64,000 nucleotides of DNA from Schmidtea polychroa (taxonomy: Eukaryota). The position numbers and the translations under genes are program-made. How positions within the stretch are numbered: the first letter of the stretch is position 1; each line of letters opens with the position of its first letter. Below the pieces are notes generated by a model. The model saw only the letters and a program-made list of their open reading frames with translations, made no database searches and was not told the origin of the DNA. The stretch is taken from contig CM097885.1 in NCBI GenBank assembly GCA_044892525.1, forward strand, positions 41,232,001 through 41,296,000. Reading direction: 5' to 3'. Positions 46,211 through 59,235 of this stretch are shown in pieces.

Positions 46211-49200
46211 ATAAAAAAAAATTTGGACTAAAATTCCCTGAAAGCAAAAAAATGAGTTGGGAACAATTGCGTAATAAAAATTTGGGAACAATGGGGGGGG
46301 GTACCCCCCATTGTTCCCGTAGGCTACTATCTACCTACTAATACTGTTTTAACAGAATGCCATTTGGAATACCAGCGGCACCAGGTACATTTCAGGAACT
46401 GATGGGAAAAGTATTAATGAATACGAGATATGCAGCAGTATACCTAGACGATATTCTGAAATTTGCAGAAACGATCAATCATCACTACGAAGTTTTAAAT
46501 GAAGTGCTGAACCAAATTGGAAAGGTGGGTCTTAGGATAAACATTGAAAAGAGAAAGTCAAATATTTAGGTCACATAATCAACAAAGATGGAATACAGAC
46601 GGACCCGTCAAAGCTATATGCGATTAAATCATTTGAAAAGCGAAAATGTTTTAAGAATATGAGAAGCTTCCTAGGAATATGCAATTACTACAGAAGATTT
46701 ATAAAGGAATACTCAAAAAATGCAAGAGTTTTAGAAGAGCTATGTGGCTTAAACAACAAAATATTAATTTGAACTGACAGATGCAACATCGCATTCGAAA
46801 ATATGAAAAATGCTTTAATGTTCTCACCTATTCTAGGCTTTCCAGATTTCGAAAGAGAATTCATTCTGGATACTGATGCGAGTTTTGACACGATTGGAGC
46901 AGTATTATCACAGAAAGACGACAGCGGTTGGAAAAGATTATAGCATACGGTTCTCATGCAATGAGCAATCATGAAAATGGATTTTGCATAACAAGGAAAG
47001 AGTTTCTTGCAATCTATTATTTTTGTCAACACTTCAATCATTATTTATATGGAAAACGGTTCATTTTGAGAACGGACCATAAAGCTATCACGTTTATGTT
47101 ATCCACAAAGAAACCAATAAAAACGCAATTTTAGACATGGATTAATTACCTCAGTAGACTGGATATTAAAATAGAGTATAGAAAAGGTACTGATCATGCA
47201 AATGCATATATGTTGTCAAGAAGCACATGTGGAACATGCTCACATAGTTTATTGGAACATGAAGACGCGAAAATGGAAAGAATAAAAACCCGAAGAATAA
47301 AAACGATGGATAAAGCTGAAGATTATAAGTGGCAAAATGATAATACAGAAATAGAACAGATAAAAAAGGAAATAGCATAAGGTTCAAGTTGGAAATTTAT
47401 ACTGCTAGACAACGTGGTGAAAACAATAAAGAGAGTAAAATATGGATACCTAGAGACAAAAGACAAGAAATGATAAAGAGTATGCATATTTTGCTATCAC
47501 GCAGAGGAGCAGAAAAGGTGACAAAATATCTAAAGGACAATTACGATATGGGATACATAAAAGAATCAGTAAAAGAAACAATTGGACAGTGCGAGGTATG
47601 TCAAAGAACGAAAGTTGTTGCAACAGAGTTGAATGAAGAGACAATAAAACTGACAGCAGAGGAGCCGTGGGATATACATTGATATATGTGACCCATTACA
47701 GGAAACATTCAGAAAGAAAAGATATAGGCGCAATGATTGATCAATTTAGCAGATATATGTCTTTCTTACTGCTGTCGCTAAACAGGATGAGGAAACGGTG
47801 AAGGAAACAATACTACAAAACTGAGTTCTTAGATTTAGAGCACCAAAGGAAATTCACACAGTTTGTGGAAAAGTATTTGAATCTAAGACGATGAAAGATT
47901 TTACAAAATCAATGGGAATTACACTATGCTTTTCAAGTCCATACCACCATAATATGAATAGTGTGATAGAACGTCAATTCAGGACAATAAGAGACTATAT
48001 AAATGCATCATTAAAAGAAAAAAGTAGAACAGATTGGGTGAGATCATATCAAAGATTGAATTTACCATAAATGCAACATTTCAGAAATCAATTGAGCGGA
48101 GTCCCGCAGAAGTAATATTTGGAAGAAAAATAGCTAGAGAACAATTTCATAGTAAAGCGCCGATTTCATAAAAAGAAGACACATGAGAAACAACGCAAAC
48201 AAAAAGATCATTCAATATTGGAGTTGAGGTACGGGTAAAAGTAGAATCAAGAACGAAAGACAAGGAAAGATTCGAAGGGCCATACAGAATAATGCAGAAG
48301 ATCTCTGATCGCCGATATCTGCTACAAGACCAAAGTGGGAAAATGCTTCAAAGAAATGTTGAAAAGATGAAGAAATTTCTTAAAGAAGGGGGATGTGAGG
48401 TGTTTTCAGGTGAGAATTAAATATTTCAATGATTTATTAAGATAATCTTAAATGATAAATAATCTACAATTAAAATAACTTTTAAAATAATTTTTGAATT
48501 GAATTTTTTAAATTGAAAATTTTAAATTGAAAAAATTAAAAATTATATAAGCTTTTTAAAAGAAGTTTTATTAGTAAATAATTTTTAAATAAATATATTT
48601 TAAATATCGAAATTTCAATAAATGGTTTTAAAAATATTTTATTCAACGCTGAAAATTTGTTTGAAAATTATACAATATTTCATTAAATAAATACTTGGAA
48701 TTATGACGTTAACTTTTGAACCTGATTTAAAAAATAATTTAGAAGATGTTCTAGCAGCTTCTGATAGTCAGATTTTTTTAATAAATACAATATCATGTTT
48801 AGTAAAATTAGAAATTCACTTGATGTTATTTTTTCTAAAATGAGAGTTGCTGAAAACTATTTCAAAAATCCTTAAAAAATCAATTTTTGAAACAAACACC
48901 TTTTAACTTTGTATATTAAAACAACATTATTAATGTAGCAAAAGATAGAAATCCCAAGTAATTATTTCCAAATTGTCATAATTAACATATTTTTTACACA
49001 TTTTAAATTAAAATATTTTTCTGTCTGTCAATTAAGAATATAATAAAATAACGCTTTAAAGAAATGAGAAAAACGTAAATTTTAATTACATCATTTATAG
49101 TAGAAAAGAAACTTCTTCGCATTTCAAAATTAAATATAAAAACGAAATATTAATCTAAACGAAAAATGATCAAACGGGAAAAAGATAAGAGATTTCATTT

Positions 49201-50251
49201 AAATTATTTTTTTAATACAAGTGAAGGTCACACTAACGTGAAATAATGAACATTTATATTGCCCTCAACCTTTTTATAAACCTGATAGGAGGACTTTTTC
49301 TTATTACACCTTCTAAATAAAATATAAATAAATAATTTTAAATTTTAAAAAACAAATTAAATTTAAATAAATATCATCATATTCATTTCATTTTTAACTA
49401 AAATTAATAAAACATACAATGGTGAAGAAAAGAAAAGTGAACAATAGGTTTTCATTCTTCCAGTAAATTTCTGAAATTGCAATCTATTATCCACATATTA
49501 TCATAGCCTCTCGTTTATACAATGAATGAGATCTTTAAGCTAATCTAGACTTTTCTTATGAATGAAAATTCTTATCAAATTTTCATCAGAATTTCATAAA
49601 AATTATTATTTTAACCGTGTTTATAATTCAGAGAAAATTTTATACAAATTGAATGTTTTAAATTATTTCAATTTTGATTATAATTTTTAAAATATTTCTT
49701 CATTTAAACTATTGGTCTATTAAATATTTTGTCAATTAAAAAAAAATTAAAAATTAATTTTAATACTACCTTTATTTTATTCAAAATTGCTAATCAAATA
49801 TAAAAACAACCGAAAATTTCCCATAGCGATGATTACCAATATTTATTGCTTTTACTGAAAAAGAATTACATTTTGTAATTACATTTTACCCTGCAGTTTA
49901 TTCGTGCTAAATTCATTAGATATATTCAAATACAAAATTTTACAGTATTTTAATTTAAATTACAAAATCGTTGAACTAAAACAAAACACACTGTTCAATG
50001 AAACAATTATGTTTAAACAAGTAACAAAATAAAGAATTTTTAATCGCTTAGGCTTTAAAATTATGTAACAATTAACTAAAAAATGTTATATTTTAATTTG
50101 ATTGAAAATATATCATACATTGTTGCCCAATTTTTACACTCTTATCAATCATTTCTTTTGGCATCATTTCAAGAAATAATTAACAAGGCTTATTATTCCT
50201 TGATAATTCTACCAATTTCGTAACTAGGCGCGTTTTAAAATAATTAAATTA

Positions 50252-50605
50252 AGTAGTATATAGTGAGGACTGCAACTCACTTTCAAGTTCAATGTCAAGA
50301 TCAAATTTAGACCAATCGAATCATTTTTTATAATTTAAATTTTATTTAATTACTTCTATTTAATTTTAATTAATACTTTAATTAATACTTTAATTAATAC
50401 TTTAATTAATACTTTAAGTAATTTTTAATTTATTACATTTATTAATTAATTATTTTATTATATGTTTATTATATGTTATTTATGAAAGCAATGCCTTTGG
50501 TCACGATAAGATTCGTCAAATGCATATCGCAACTGCTTCATCTAGAAATGTATGCAAATCGAAGCAAGCATGATCACTTTAACAATTAAATTTATGTGAA
50601 TAATA

Positions 50606-50678
<73 letters not shown>

Positions 50679-51428
50679 ATAATTTGACTTAGTTAATAAA
50701 AATGTGTTTTGTCATTTAATAATTCATTTGTCCGATTAATTTAGTTAAATAGGTTTCAAGTAAGAATTATTATTTTCGTGTTTATTTTCTTTTCTTAAAA
50801 ATTAATACTCAGTTTATCTAAAATTAACTCGGCGTTTTATTTTATAATAAATCGAATAATTACTAATTAAAATTTTGTTCAAATTGAAATATTTTTGTTA
50901 TAATTTATGTTCTTGGTAGAATATATGCAAATGCTAAATAAATAAATAAAAATAATAATAATGCTATATAAATAAATAAAATGAATTAAATAATTAAATA
51001 AAAATTAATTATAAAAGAAAAAATAGCTAATAATAATAAAATATTAATAAATAAATATAACAATAATATTAATTATAATTAAAATTTATTAAGATTTAAA
51101 CCGAAGAAAAAAAATTAAATAACGTACGTAATTAAAATGATTAATTAATAAAATTGTGATAAAATAACTAAATAGAATTAATTAAATTAAAATAAAATAA
51201 TAATAATAATAATAAACATATAATAAAATAATTAATTAATAAATGTAATAAATTAAAAATTACTTAAAGTATTAATTAAAATCAAATATAAATAAAATGT
51301 AATAAATTAAATGGAAGTAATTAAATAAAATTTAAATTATAAAAAATGATTCGATTGGTCTATATTTGATCTTGACATTTCATGACCTTAAACTTGAAAC
51401 TGAGTTGGAGTCCCCACTATATACTACC
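50252..51428. mobile_element. 1.2-kb non-autonomous element with Polinton-type ends
   Basis: AGTAGTATATAGTGAGGAC... / ...GTCCCCACTATATACTACC, ~200-bp imperfect TIRs, 6-bp TSD AAATTA (50246-50251, 51429-51434). Confidence 0.75.
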
Positions 51429-52443
51429 AAATTAATTAAATGGTTTTTGTTTTATTGATGTTAATTTTATTATGCACGTAATTATATTGTCATGATTTAT
51501 TGTACAAATAGATATTTCCTGCAGAAGTTGACTTTCTTTCCTAAGATGCATAAATTATTTTGGTGAAGTAGTTTATACCTTATTATACCAAATTGAGCCT
51601 AAGTGGAGAGTATGAATTAAATTCCCTCTGTGACATTATTATTATATTAATTTATATTCTAGTTCCGGGTTTTTGATTAAAAGTCAGAAAATATAAATTT
51701 ATTAATAAATTTATTAATACTTCAAATAATGTGAAAGGTTATTGAATGTTTAACAAATTTTTGTATTGTCTTACCAAAAAAGACATTAGCTAAATAAATA
51801 ATACATAAATTGTTAAAGATAAATTTCACCTGTCTAAATTTGTTCACTTGAAAAACTGAATTCTATTTTCACAGTAAATCTTTTACAATTTTAATTAAAA
51901 AATCAACAATCATTTGTTTATTTTAATTAAAAAATTATTCCACTGTTAAGTTTGAAGCAAATTAAATTTTTCTAATGTATTGTGGAATTTTATAATAATT
52001 GTAAATTTATAAAAAACGATAATAACCGATTTTGTTTAAATTTGGTAATTGAACTAAATAATTAAAATTATTCATTTTTTAACAGAGACTTCTTTCTAAT
52101 CTCTCAAATTACATCTGCAAAAGATTCATATTAAATTAGGTCAAAAACCATTTGTTTTTTTTATCATTCTATTAAACAATTAAACTAAGTTCTATTAAAA
52201 ATTGTATTACTTGATCTTTTCAAACAATATTACTAACAATTGCTCTATTATGAAACCACTTTTATTTTTAATGTGTCACTATTTATAATATGTCAAGTAA
52301 CAATTAATTTTTGAAATAATTATAATTAATTTTGTTAGAATATATCGCGTGAATTTGTATTGTTAAGGGACCAGTGGAGAAATTTGGATTGTAGATGAGG
52401 TCCGGTCAAAACTGCAGAAGACATATTTTGCATTACTATTTTA

Positions 52444-52534
<91 letters not shown>

Positions 52535-52544
52535 GGTATTAGTA

Positions 52545-52848
52545 TAAAGTGATGATTTTTTGGTAGCAGCATTTATTATTTAAAACAATTAAGTGATAAT
52601 TTAGGCCTTTTGCCGCGAAAAATGTATTTAATGAAAAGTTTTCGACTATAAGATGATTGGAATGATTGATCAATTTAGCAGATATATCTCTCTGACTGCT
52701 GTCACTAAACAGGATGAGGTGATTAAGTGATAATTAAGTGATAATAAAGTGCCTCAATCTCAGTAGATTGATAAGGACTTTCTTATAGTCGAAATTTTTT
52801 CATTAAATACATTATTCGCAGCAAAAAGCTTAAATTATCACTTAATTG

Positions 52849-52852
<4 letters not shown>
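52545..52852. mobile_element. PLE-associated inverted repeat with candidate hammerhead (52768-52801, +)
   Basis: Same repeat as at 684-1107, in inverted arrangement between (TAA)n tracts; TTGATAA-G-GACT...AGTC-GAAA core. Confidence 0.6.
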
Positions 52853-52932
<80 letters not shown>

Positions 52933-54541
52933 CATTTAAAATTCAAGATAAATAAATTTTTGTAAATAAATTTGTCTATAAAAAGATGTCTTGAGGCTCT
53001 GAATTTTATCTTTTCTTAACTGGTCATTCAGTTCGTCAGGTTTTGCAGTATGCTGCGTTTTGTAATGCCTCTTTAAGTTAAATTATTTTCACAATTTATT
53101 TTTTGTGGAACAACCTAATTTCATTTTGAATTTCCTTTTAACTTCTGAGGATTTATCGTCCACATCCATGTGTACAGTTATCACTTTCTTTTATTTAACC
53201 CTTTTATTAAAATTTGAATTTTATATCCTTTACCCTTATCTTTAACATAAGAACAAGACGTAAATTTTCCAGAATCAATTGAGTCCCTTTCACAATCTTT
53301 ATAATCTTGCGATCGAAGAAATTTTGACAGCCATTAATTGCACCACAAACTGGTCAAGTTTTTAAAATTTTATTCAAAACTTTTTGACAATATGATATAA
53401 TATCTTTTAAAATTAGCCCCCCCATTTATTAATTACAAAATTACAAAAAAGATTTTTAATTTGTCATTCTGTACAAATGGTTTTAGGTGAATTTTTTTAC
53501 TGTTCATTTTACGACAATTTTTGATTATGTTACTTTTTAAAACCATATGATTTTCTTTAATTTCAACAGACCAATTTTGATTAAAATTAAAACATTTTCT
53601 GTAAAAAAGCTAATAACAATTTTGATAAAATATTAGTTAAACCGCAACCATCTATCATTTTTACCCTTAAAGGATGGTAAATGTTTATCGGACACATTTT
53701 TAATTTTGAAGCTTACCAGTTTGTATGGAACACTCCAAACAAAATAATCTTATGCACTAAATGTAAAATGTAATAATTTAAATAAAAAAAAATTAAATCA
53801 AAAATTTTAAAAAGCTTAAATGAAAACATTGTCAGTTGAACACTGTCGGTCTTTAGCGTTATTTTTTCTGGTCTTTTAATGGTTAAAATTGTTTCTATCT
53901 GTAAATTTTAAAATATTCAAAAATAAAGGATTTGTCACACAACTACTGGGCAGATATTCCGCCATCACTATTCCAATATTCGGAAAATACATCTATTAAA
54001 TTCAAATGAAATCAAAGTAAAAATTTGATTTATTTTTTCAATATTCAAACAAATTCTATTTTTCCAATTTATAAAAATTTATAAAACTAATAATTTTTAC
54101 TAAAAATAAAAAAAATGTCTTCACATTTTTATACCCAAAATGTTTTATTAATTTAATTTATTTAAAATTTATTTTTATTTTTTACCAAAATGTTTATATA
54201 TCTAAATTTTCATTAATGACCCGAACATATAAAAATTGTAAGATTAATATGCCTTAAAGGGCCCGTTTATTAACTGTTTATTTTAGAATTCAATGGACCT
54301 GATGAAATCAGTTGGATATGCCTGGAAATGTTGATTATTTATGTATCTCTTTGACTTTGGTGCAAATTTATCTTAAAGTAAATTTACATATAATTTATAA
54401 AGCCTAAACGAGAATCCTTGTTAACCGGCGTCCCAGTTGATTTAACGAGTAAAAAATGTGGAGCGCCGTTATAGTAAATAAAGATGAAATAGTCAGTGAA
54501 AATTATCAAATAATATTGTTCAAGAATATAATTGGATATTA

Positions 54542-55765
54542 CAGGGTTTTCATATTCATTTGGAATCTTTTCATATTGATTTTGAATAAGTATTTTAATA
54601 TTATTTTTAATTCCAATTATGAGAAAAAACTTTAAAATATCGCAAGCAGATCGCAAAGGATTGTAAATTCATATGTAAATAAAGATACCGTTGCCACCAT
54701 TTTTGCAATTCTCAGCTTTAAAAAAACAACTGTGGATGAAATTTTTAAAAAGTATCAAGCAACTGGCAAAATAGAATCTGCAAAAAGAGGAGGAAATAGA
54801 AAACCAAAACTAACCTCACCAATAAAGGAAGAGATTAAACTAATGGCTGATGATGATTGTACTCTAACACTTAAAGTAATTTCACAAAGAGTCTATGAAA
54901 AACATAAAATTAAATTGGGTCTATGAATTATTGCAAATGCACTTCAAGGATTTAGGTACTCTTTAAAACGTGTTCATTTTCTTCCTATTAGAAGATACTC
55001 TTATAACAAGAACAGATTATGCCATGAATTTTATTCGTTTACAATCTAATTTCGCTGAAGAAAACTTTATTTTTATAGATGAAGTTGGCTTCAATGTTCC
55101 TATGAGGTCAAGTAAGGGAAGATCTTCTATATAGGCACTCCTGCTATCAAGGTATTCCCATCTTTACGATCAAGAAACATTTCTGTTTGTTGTGGAATGA
55201 ATAAGAATGGAATTTTAATTTATAAAAGTCAGCTTATGGCTTATAATTCGCAATCTTTTGAAGAAATCATAAGGGATCTTATATTAAGAACAAGAAATTT
55301 AAATATGGGGTCATGTGTTTTTATAATAGATAATGTGTCATTTCATAAAGGCTCAAATATTAGGGTATTAGTGGAGAATTCTGGGTTTTCTTTGAGGTTT
55401 TTGCCACCATACACACCTTTTCTAAATCCAATTGAAAATATGTTTTCAAAATGGAAATACTTTGTTAAAAGAAGATGCTTTAATACCGAACAAGATTTTT
55501 TGGAATTGATTTATAATGGGTCGCTGCTGATAAATACATATGATTGCAATGGATTTGTAAGGAATATATTCCAATATGCATAGCAGAAGATTAAATTATA
55601 TTGGATTAAATTATATTTAGTAAATTAATATTACATACTCATGTTATGTTTTTTAAAATATATTGTGTTAATTATTATTTTTTTATAACCAATAATTTAT
55701 TCAAAGTCAATATGAAAAGATTCAAAGTCAATCTGAAAAGATTCAACATGAATATGAAAACCCTG
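54542..55765 (+). mobile_element. Tc1/mariner-IS630 superfamily DNA transposon (DD34E), frameshifted transposase
   Basis: TIRs CAGGGTTTTCATATTCAT... / ...ATGAATATGAAAACCCTG with TA TSD; RGGNRKPKL, FIDEVGF and IIDNVSFH...LPPYTPFLNPIE, with 34 residues between the second D and E. Confidence 0.92.
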
Positions 55766-56085
55766 TATTTGCCGCGCTGATGCGTTGACCTAAACAATTC
55801 ACTGTAGAGTAAATTATTTCTATTTTATGCGAATTAAGTTGTTATAACTATTATATATACATTAGTATATAGAATACAATACCATCAATTCATCGCAAGA
55901 CCCAAGCAGTGTTATTAAAGTATTTATAAGGGGTGATGCAAATTTAGTTTTTACCTTAGGCGCCAAATAACCTTGGCCCAGCCCTGAAATAGGATCATAT
56001 GTATCTGACTCCTCATGTTCTTTATTGAAATGACGAGTCAAAAGTTAGTCTTTGTACATATTATTATTATTAATTGCGATAATAT

Positions 56086-56312
56086 TTCATTAAATTTATT
56101 AAAAAGAGAGTTTGAAGACTAGAAATCAGTAATATATCGATGTTTGTTGATACTCATGAATTTTCTGCACTACCTTTTTCAAGTGAATTTTTTCAAGAAA
56201 CTTTTTCAAATTCACTTGAAAAAAGCAGTGCCGAAAATTCGTAAGTATCAACAAACATCGATATATTACTGATTTATAGTCTTCAAACTCTCTTTTTAAT
56301 AAATTTAATGGA
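56086..56312. repeat. ~110-bp-arm palindrome of a dispersed repeat, each arm with a degenerate hammerhead motif
   Basis: The arms are reverse complements. ATTCAC-TTGAAAA-A-AGCAGTGCC-GAAAATTC-GTAAGT at 56210-56246, with a mirror copy at 56152-56188. Related sequence at 7870-8020, 13985-14089 and 56790-56940. Confidence 0.7.
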
Positions 56313-57592
56313 AAAAAAAATCAGTGGTAAAATTGGAAGAAATAAAAGTTCTTATAATAATAATATTTCAATTATTAATTTCTGAAGTCATCACAATTTA
56401 TTCCAAATTAAGGTTTATTTCAAAATACAACTTTTAATATCATCATCAATCTTCACTGGTATAGCAAATTAAGAATATCATTGTAAGGAAGGATGATAAA
56501 TAAATATTACACAATCTAATCTATTGCATAATTATATATTAAAATCGTTGTTTTAAAATTAGAGTTTATTTATGATATTTGATGGTGGTTTTAGAATGTT
56601 TGTATGCATGTGTGTTTGCAGATATTCTTTATCAATAATTAGTAAACCAATAAACTTCCTTTTTAGATATTATACAATGAAGAGCTATATATTAACGTGT
56701 TGGTGATTTGTCTTGGATAATAAAATTTGTTACAACTATGTCTCTTCTTAACAATTATCAAACAGAGCTCTTTCCTACATTTATCAAAATTCAGTAAAAT
56801 ATTTTTAAAATAAATTTTATATTCTTTTGTAAAATTACTGATATATTTACTGATTTATAGTCAAGATTTTCAATAAATACAATGTCAATTGTAAAGAAAT
56901 TAGAGGTGAAAATTGAATAAAAAATTGAAAGAAGTTCTTATAATATATATATGGCCGTTGGTTCTTCAAAATTCGAGACTAATTTGATGGATTCGAGTAC
57001 TTGCATCTGGAATATTACTATTCATCTTGATTTGGAGTGTCAAACATGCGACTCGACACTCTCTTACATGCGGCCCGCAGCCGTCTGTAAAAAACATTTC
57101 AAATCATCTCAATATAATTATAATAATAAAAATATCAAAGAATGTAGCCTCGGTAAACGCCTGCCCACACGATGAGTTTTGTCTGCAGTCTTTTTTGTAT
57201 ACGATGTTCCAGCCCATTAGTACTTTAAAGTTTGACCAACCTCATTAGTTCATGCAAAGTGTCAAATTTGCTTTCCGCACGTAATTTTTTGCGTGGAAAT
57301 TGGCAAATAATCATGCAAGACTGCCGACAAAACATTAGTCGTGCGAATGGACCTTAGTATACATATATGGTGGTCTGGCACCAGCAAAAGAGGTACGACG
57401 ATAATCTCATCGCACCTACGGCAAAGTTACCGTATTTGTCTAATTTAGTTGTTCTGGCCTAATGATAAATATTAGTAATTTATGATAGTTTGAGGCACTT
57501 AAGAAATGTAACTTTTCGAATTAACATTTTTTACATTTATGTTTTGTTTGTGTTTTCACTTATATTGTGTTTATTTTCTGAACTTGTAACCA

Positions 57593-58405
57593 TGTTTACA
57601 AAGCAAAGAAAAATTAAAGAAGAGTGTTGGGTGGTGCAGAAAAACTGAAGACTATCGTACCTTTCAGTCGACATTAAAAGAAAGCCGACATGTTTAATTT
57701 GTAACAAACAGATTGCTGTTGCCAAAGATTATAATGTTCCGAGACATTATGAAATGAACCATGCTACAAAGTTTAATAAATACCGCGGTAAGTTACCTGA
57801 AGAGAAAGTTAAACAATTAGAACAGTCATTGAATAAGCAACACTTTCCCATCTTGAAGTCTTTGCAAGGCAAAACTGAAATTCCAGCTGAAATCAACACA
57901 GAAACGTACTGCATCAATATTTCACCACTTGAAAAATGAGTTTCAAGAATGATTTGCCGACTTTAAATACCTTGAAAAGGACATAGCTATTTTTCAGAAT
58001 CCGTTCTCGGTTAATGTTAATGAGACACCAGATGTACTTCAGCCAGAATTAATTGAAGTCCAGTGCGATTCTGTTTTGAGGAACAAATTTTGCGATGTTG
58101 ATATTGGCACATTTTATCAATATGTTGAACCAAATTATTCTATGATTAAATGTTTAGCTTCAAAGATAATGATCATGTTTGGAAGTACATACGTATGTGA
58201 ACAGCATTTTTCTGTAATGAACATAAACAAAACTTGGCTTCGCTCGAAACTTTCTAACGAGTACTTTAATTCAATACTGAAGGTTGCTACATCACAGTCA
58301 TTGGTGCCAAACTTTGATGTATTTGTTAATTGCAAGAGGTGTCAGTGTCTGGAAACAACAGTAGCATACAGTAATGAAATAATAAATAAGAATATATACT
58401 GTTGA
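57593..58405 (+). pseudogene. hAT (Buster/SPIN/GTF2IRD2-like) transposase remnant, internally deleted
   Basis: N-terminal KPTCLICNKQIAVAKDYNVPRHYEMNH and C-terminal dimerisation motif MFGSTYVCEQHFSVMNINK..LRSKLS. Confidence 0.85.
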
Positions 58406-59117
58406 AAGTTTCCTGAAATTTTTATGTGTTGATTACTATTTTTTTCGTTATTACTTTATGTTAAGAAATTTTGAAGACCCCAGTCGAGTCTCCTGTAAAA
58501 AATACTGTCTCGGGACAGCTGGGTGAACGTGCGTTATTTAAGTAAGTGTGATTACAAAATAATTATAAAATACAACTAATAAAATATAACGAACAATTAA
58601 ATTAAATTACAAACTTTATTTTACAAAAGAATAATACATTGTAATGTTGAAAGTGGAAGGTAATTCGGACAACTATTTGGTATAGGTGTGAATGTTGAAA
58701 CTTGGATATTTGTTGATATATTCCACACAGTAAAAATAGAAAATAGTCTTTGTCTCCTTGATTTGTTCTTGCGATTGTAAATAATTCAATTCTATACAGT
58801 AAAAATATAAAATAGTTCTTATTTCCTTGATTTGCTCATGCAATTGTGAATAATTCAATTTTCCTTCGAAATTTTTAGCTCATTTTCTTCTTCTTTCTTT
58901 CTTGAATTTTTTATTGATTTTTTTTCAATTTTTAATTTTCTAATTCTCTATAGTAAGTTATTACTATAGAGAATTACTATATAGATTCTTTTTGTTGGGT
59001 TGCAATGGACATGACTCAAATAAAGATAAATAATACAATTTGAAATTACATTTAAAAACTTATGTACAACCAATTAACTTTACATTACATATACATCTTA
59101 TAACGTGAGTAAATTAA

Positions 59118-59235
<118 letters not shown>

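Larger units (their letters stand above)
14506..46339. mobile_element. Giant non-coding palindromic (foldback) element with Polinton-type ends
   Basis: Terminal AGTAGGTAGATAGTAGCC / GGCTACTATCTACCTACT; 6-bp TSD AATACT (14500-14505, 46340-46345). The left arm (14506-21172 plus 36381-~37756) mirrors the right arm (~38625-46339). No credible ORFs. Confidence 0.9.
14090..48680 (+). mobile_element. Decayed Ty3/Gypsy LTR retrotransposon split by a 31.8-kb insertion
   Basis: 5' LTR starts TGTGAGGTGTTTTCAG at 14090 (truncated, gag deleted). 3' LTR starts with the same sequence at 48394 after a polypurine tract (48382-48393). RT reads ...SKLKTAFSTKSGQY| at 14505 and resumes |CFNRMPFGIPAAPGTFQ...YLDD after 46345, followed by RNase H (FILDTDASFDTIGAVLSQ) and integrase remnants. 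The right end is approximate. Confidence 0.9.

Noticed and set aside
14506..46339. Reading the 8-kb arms as the TIRs of the Polinton itself
   Set aside because: The virus has its own TIRs and TSD, lies asymmetrically within the left arm, and the right arm shows the empty site.
48660..48775. TSD and exact 3' end of the Gypsy element
   Set aside because: The 5' LTR is truncated and no convincing CA end plus matching duplication could be identified.
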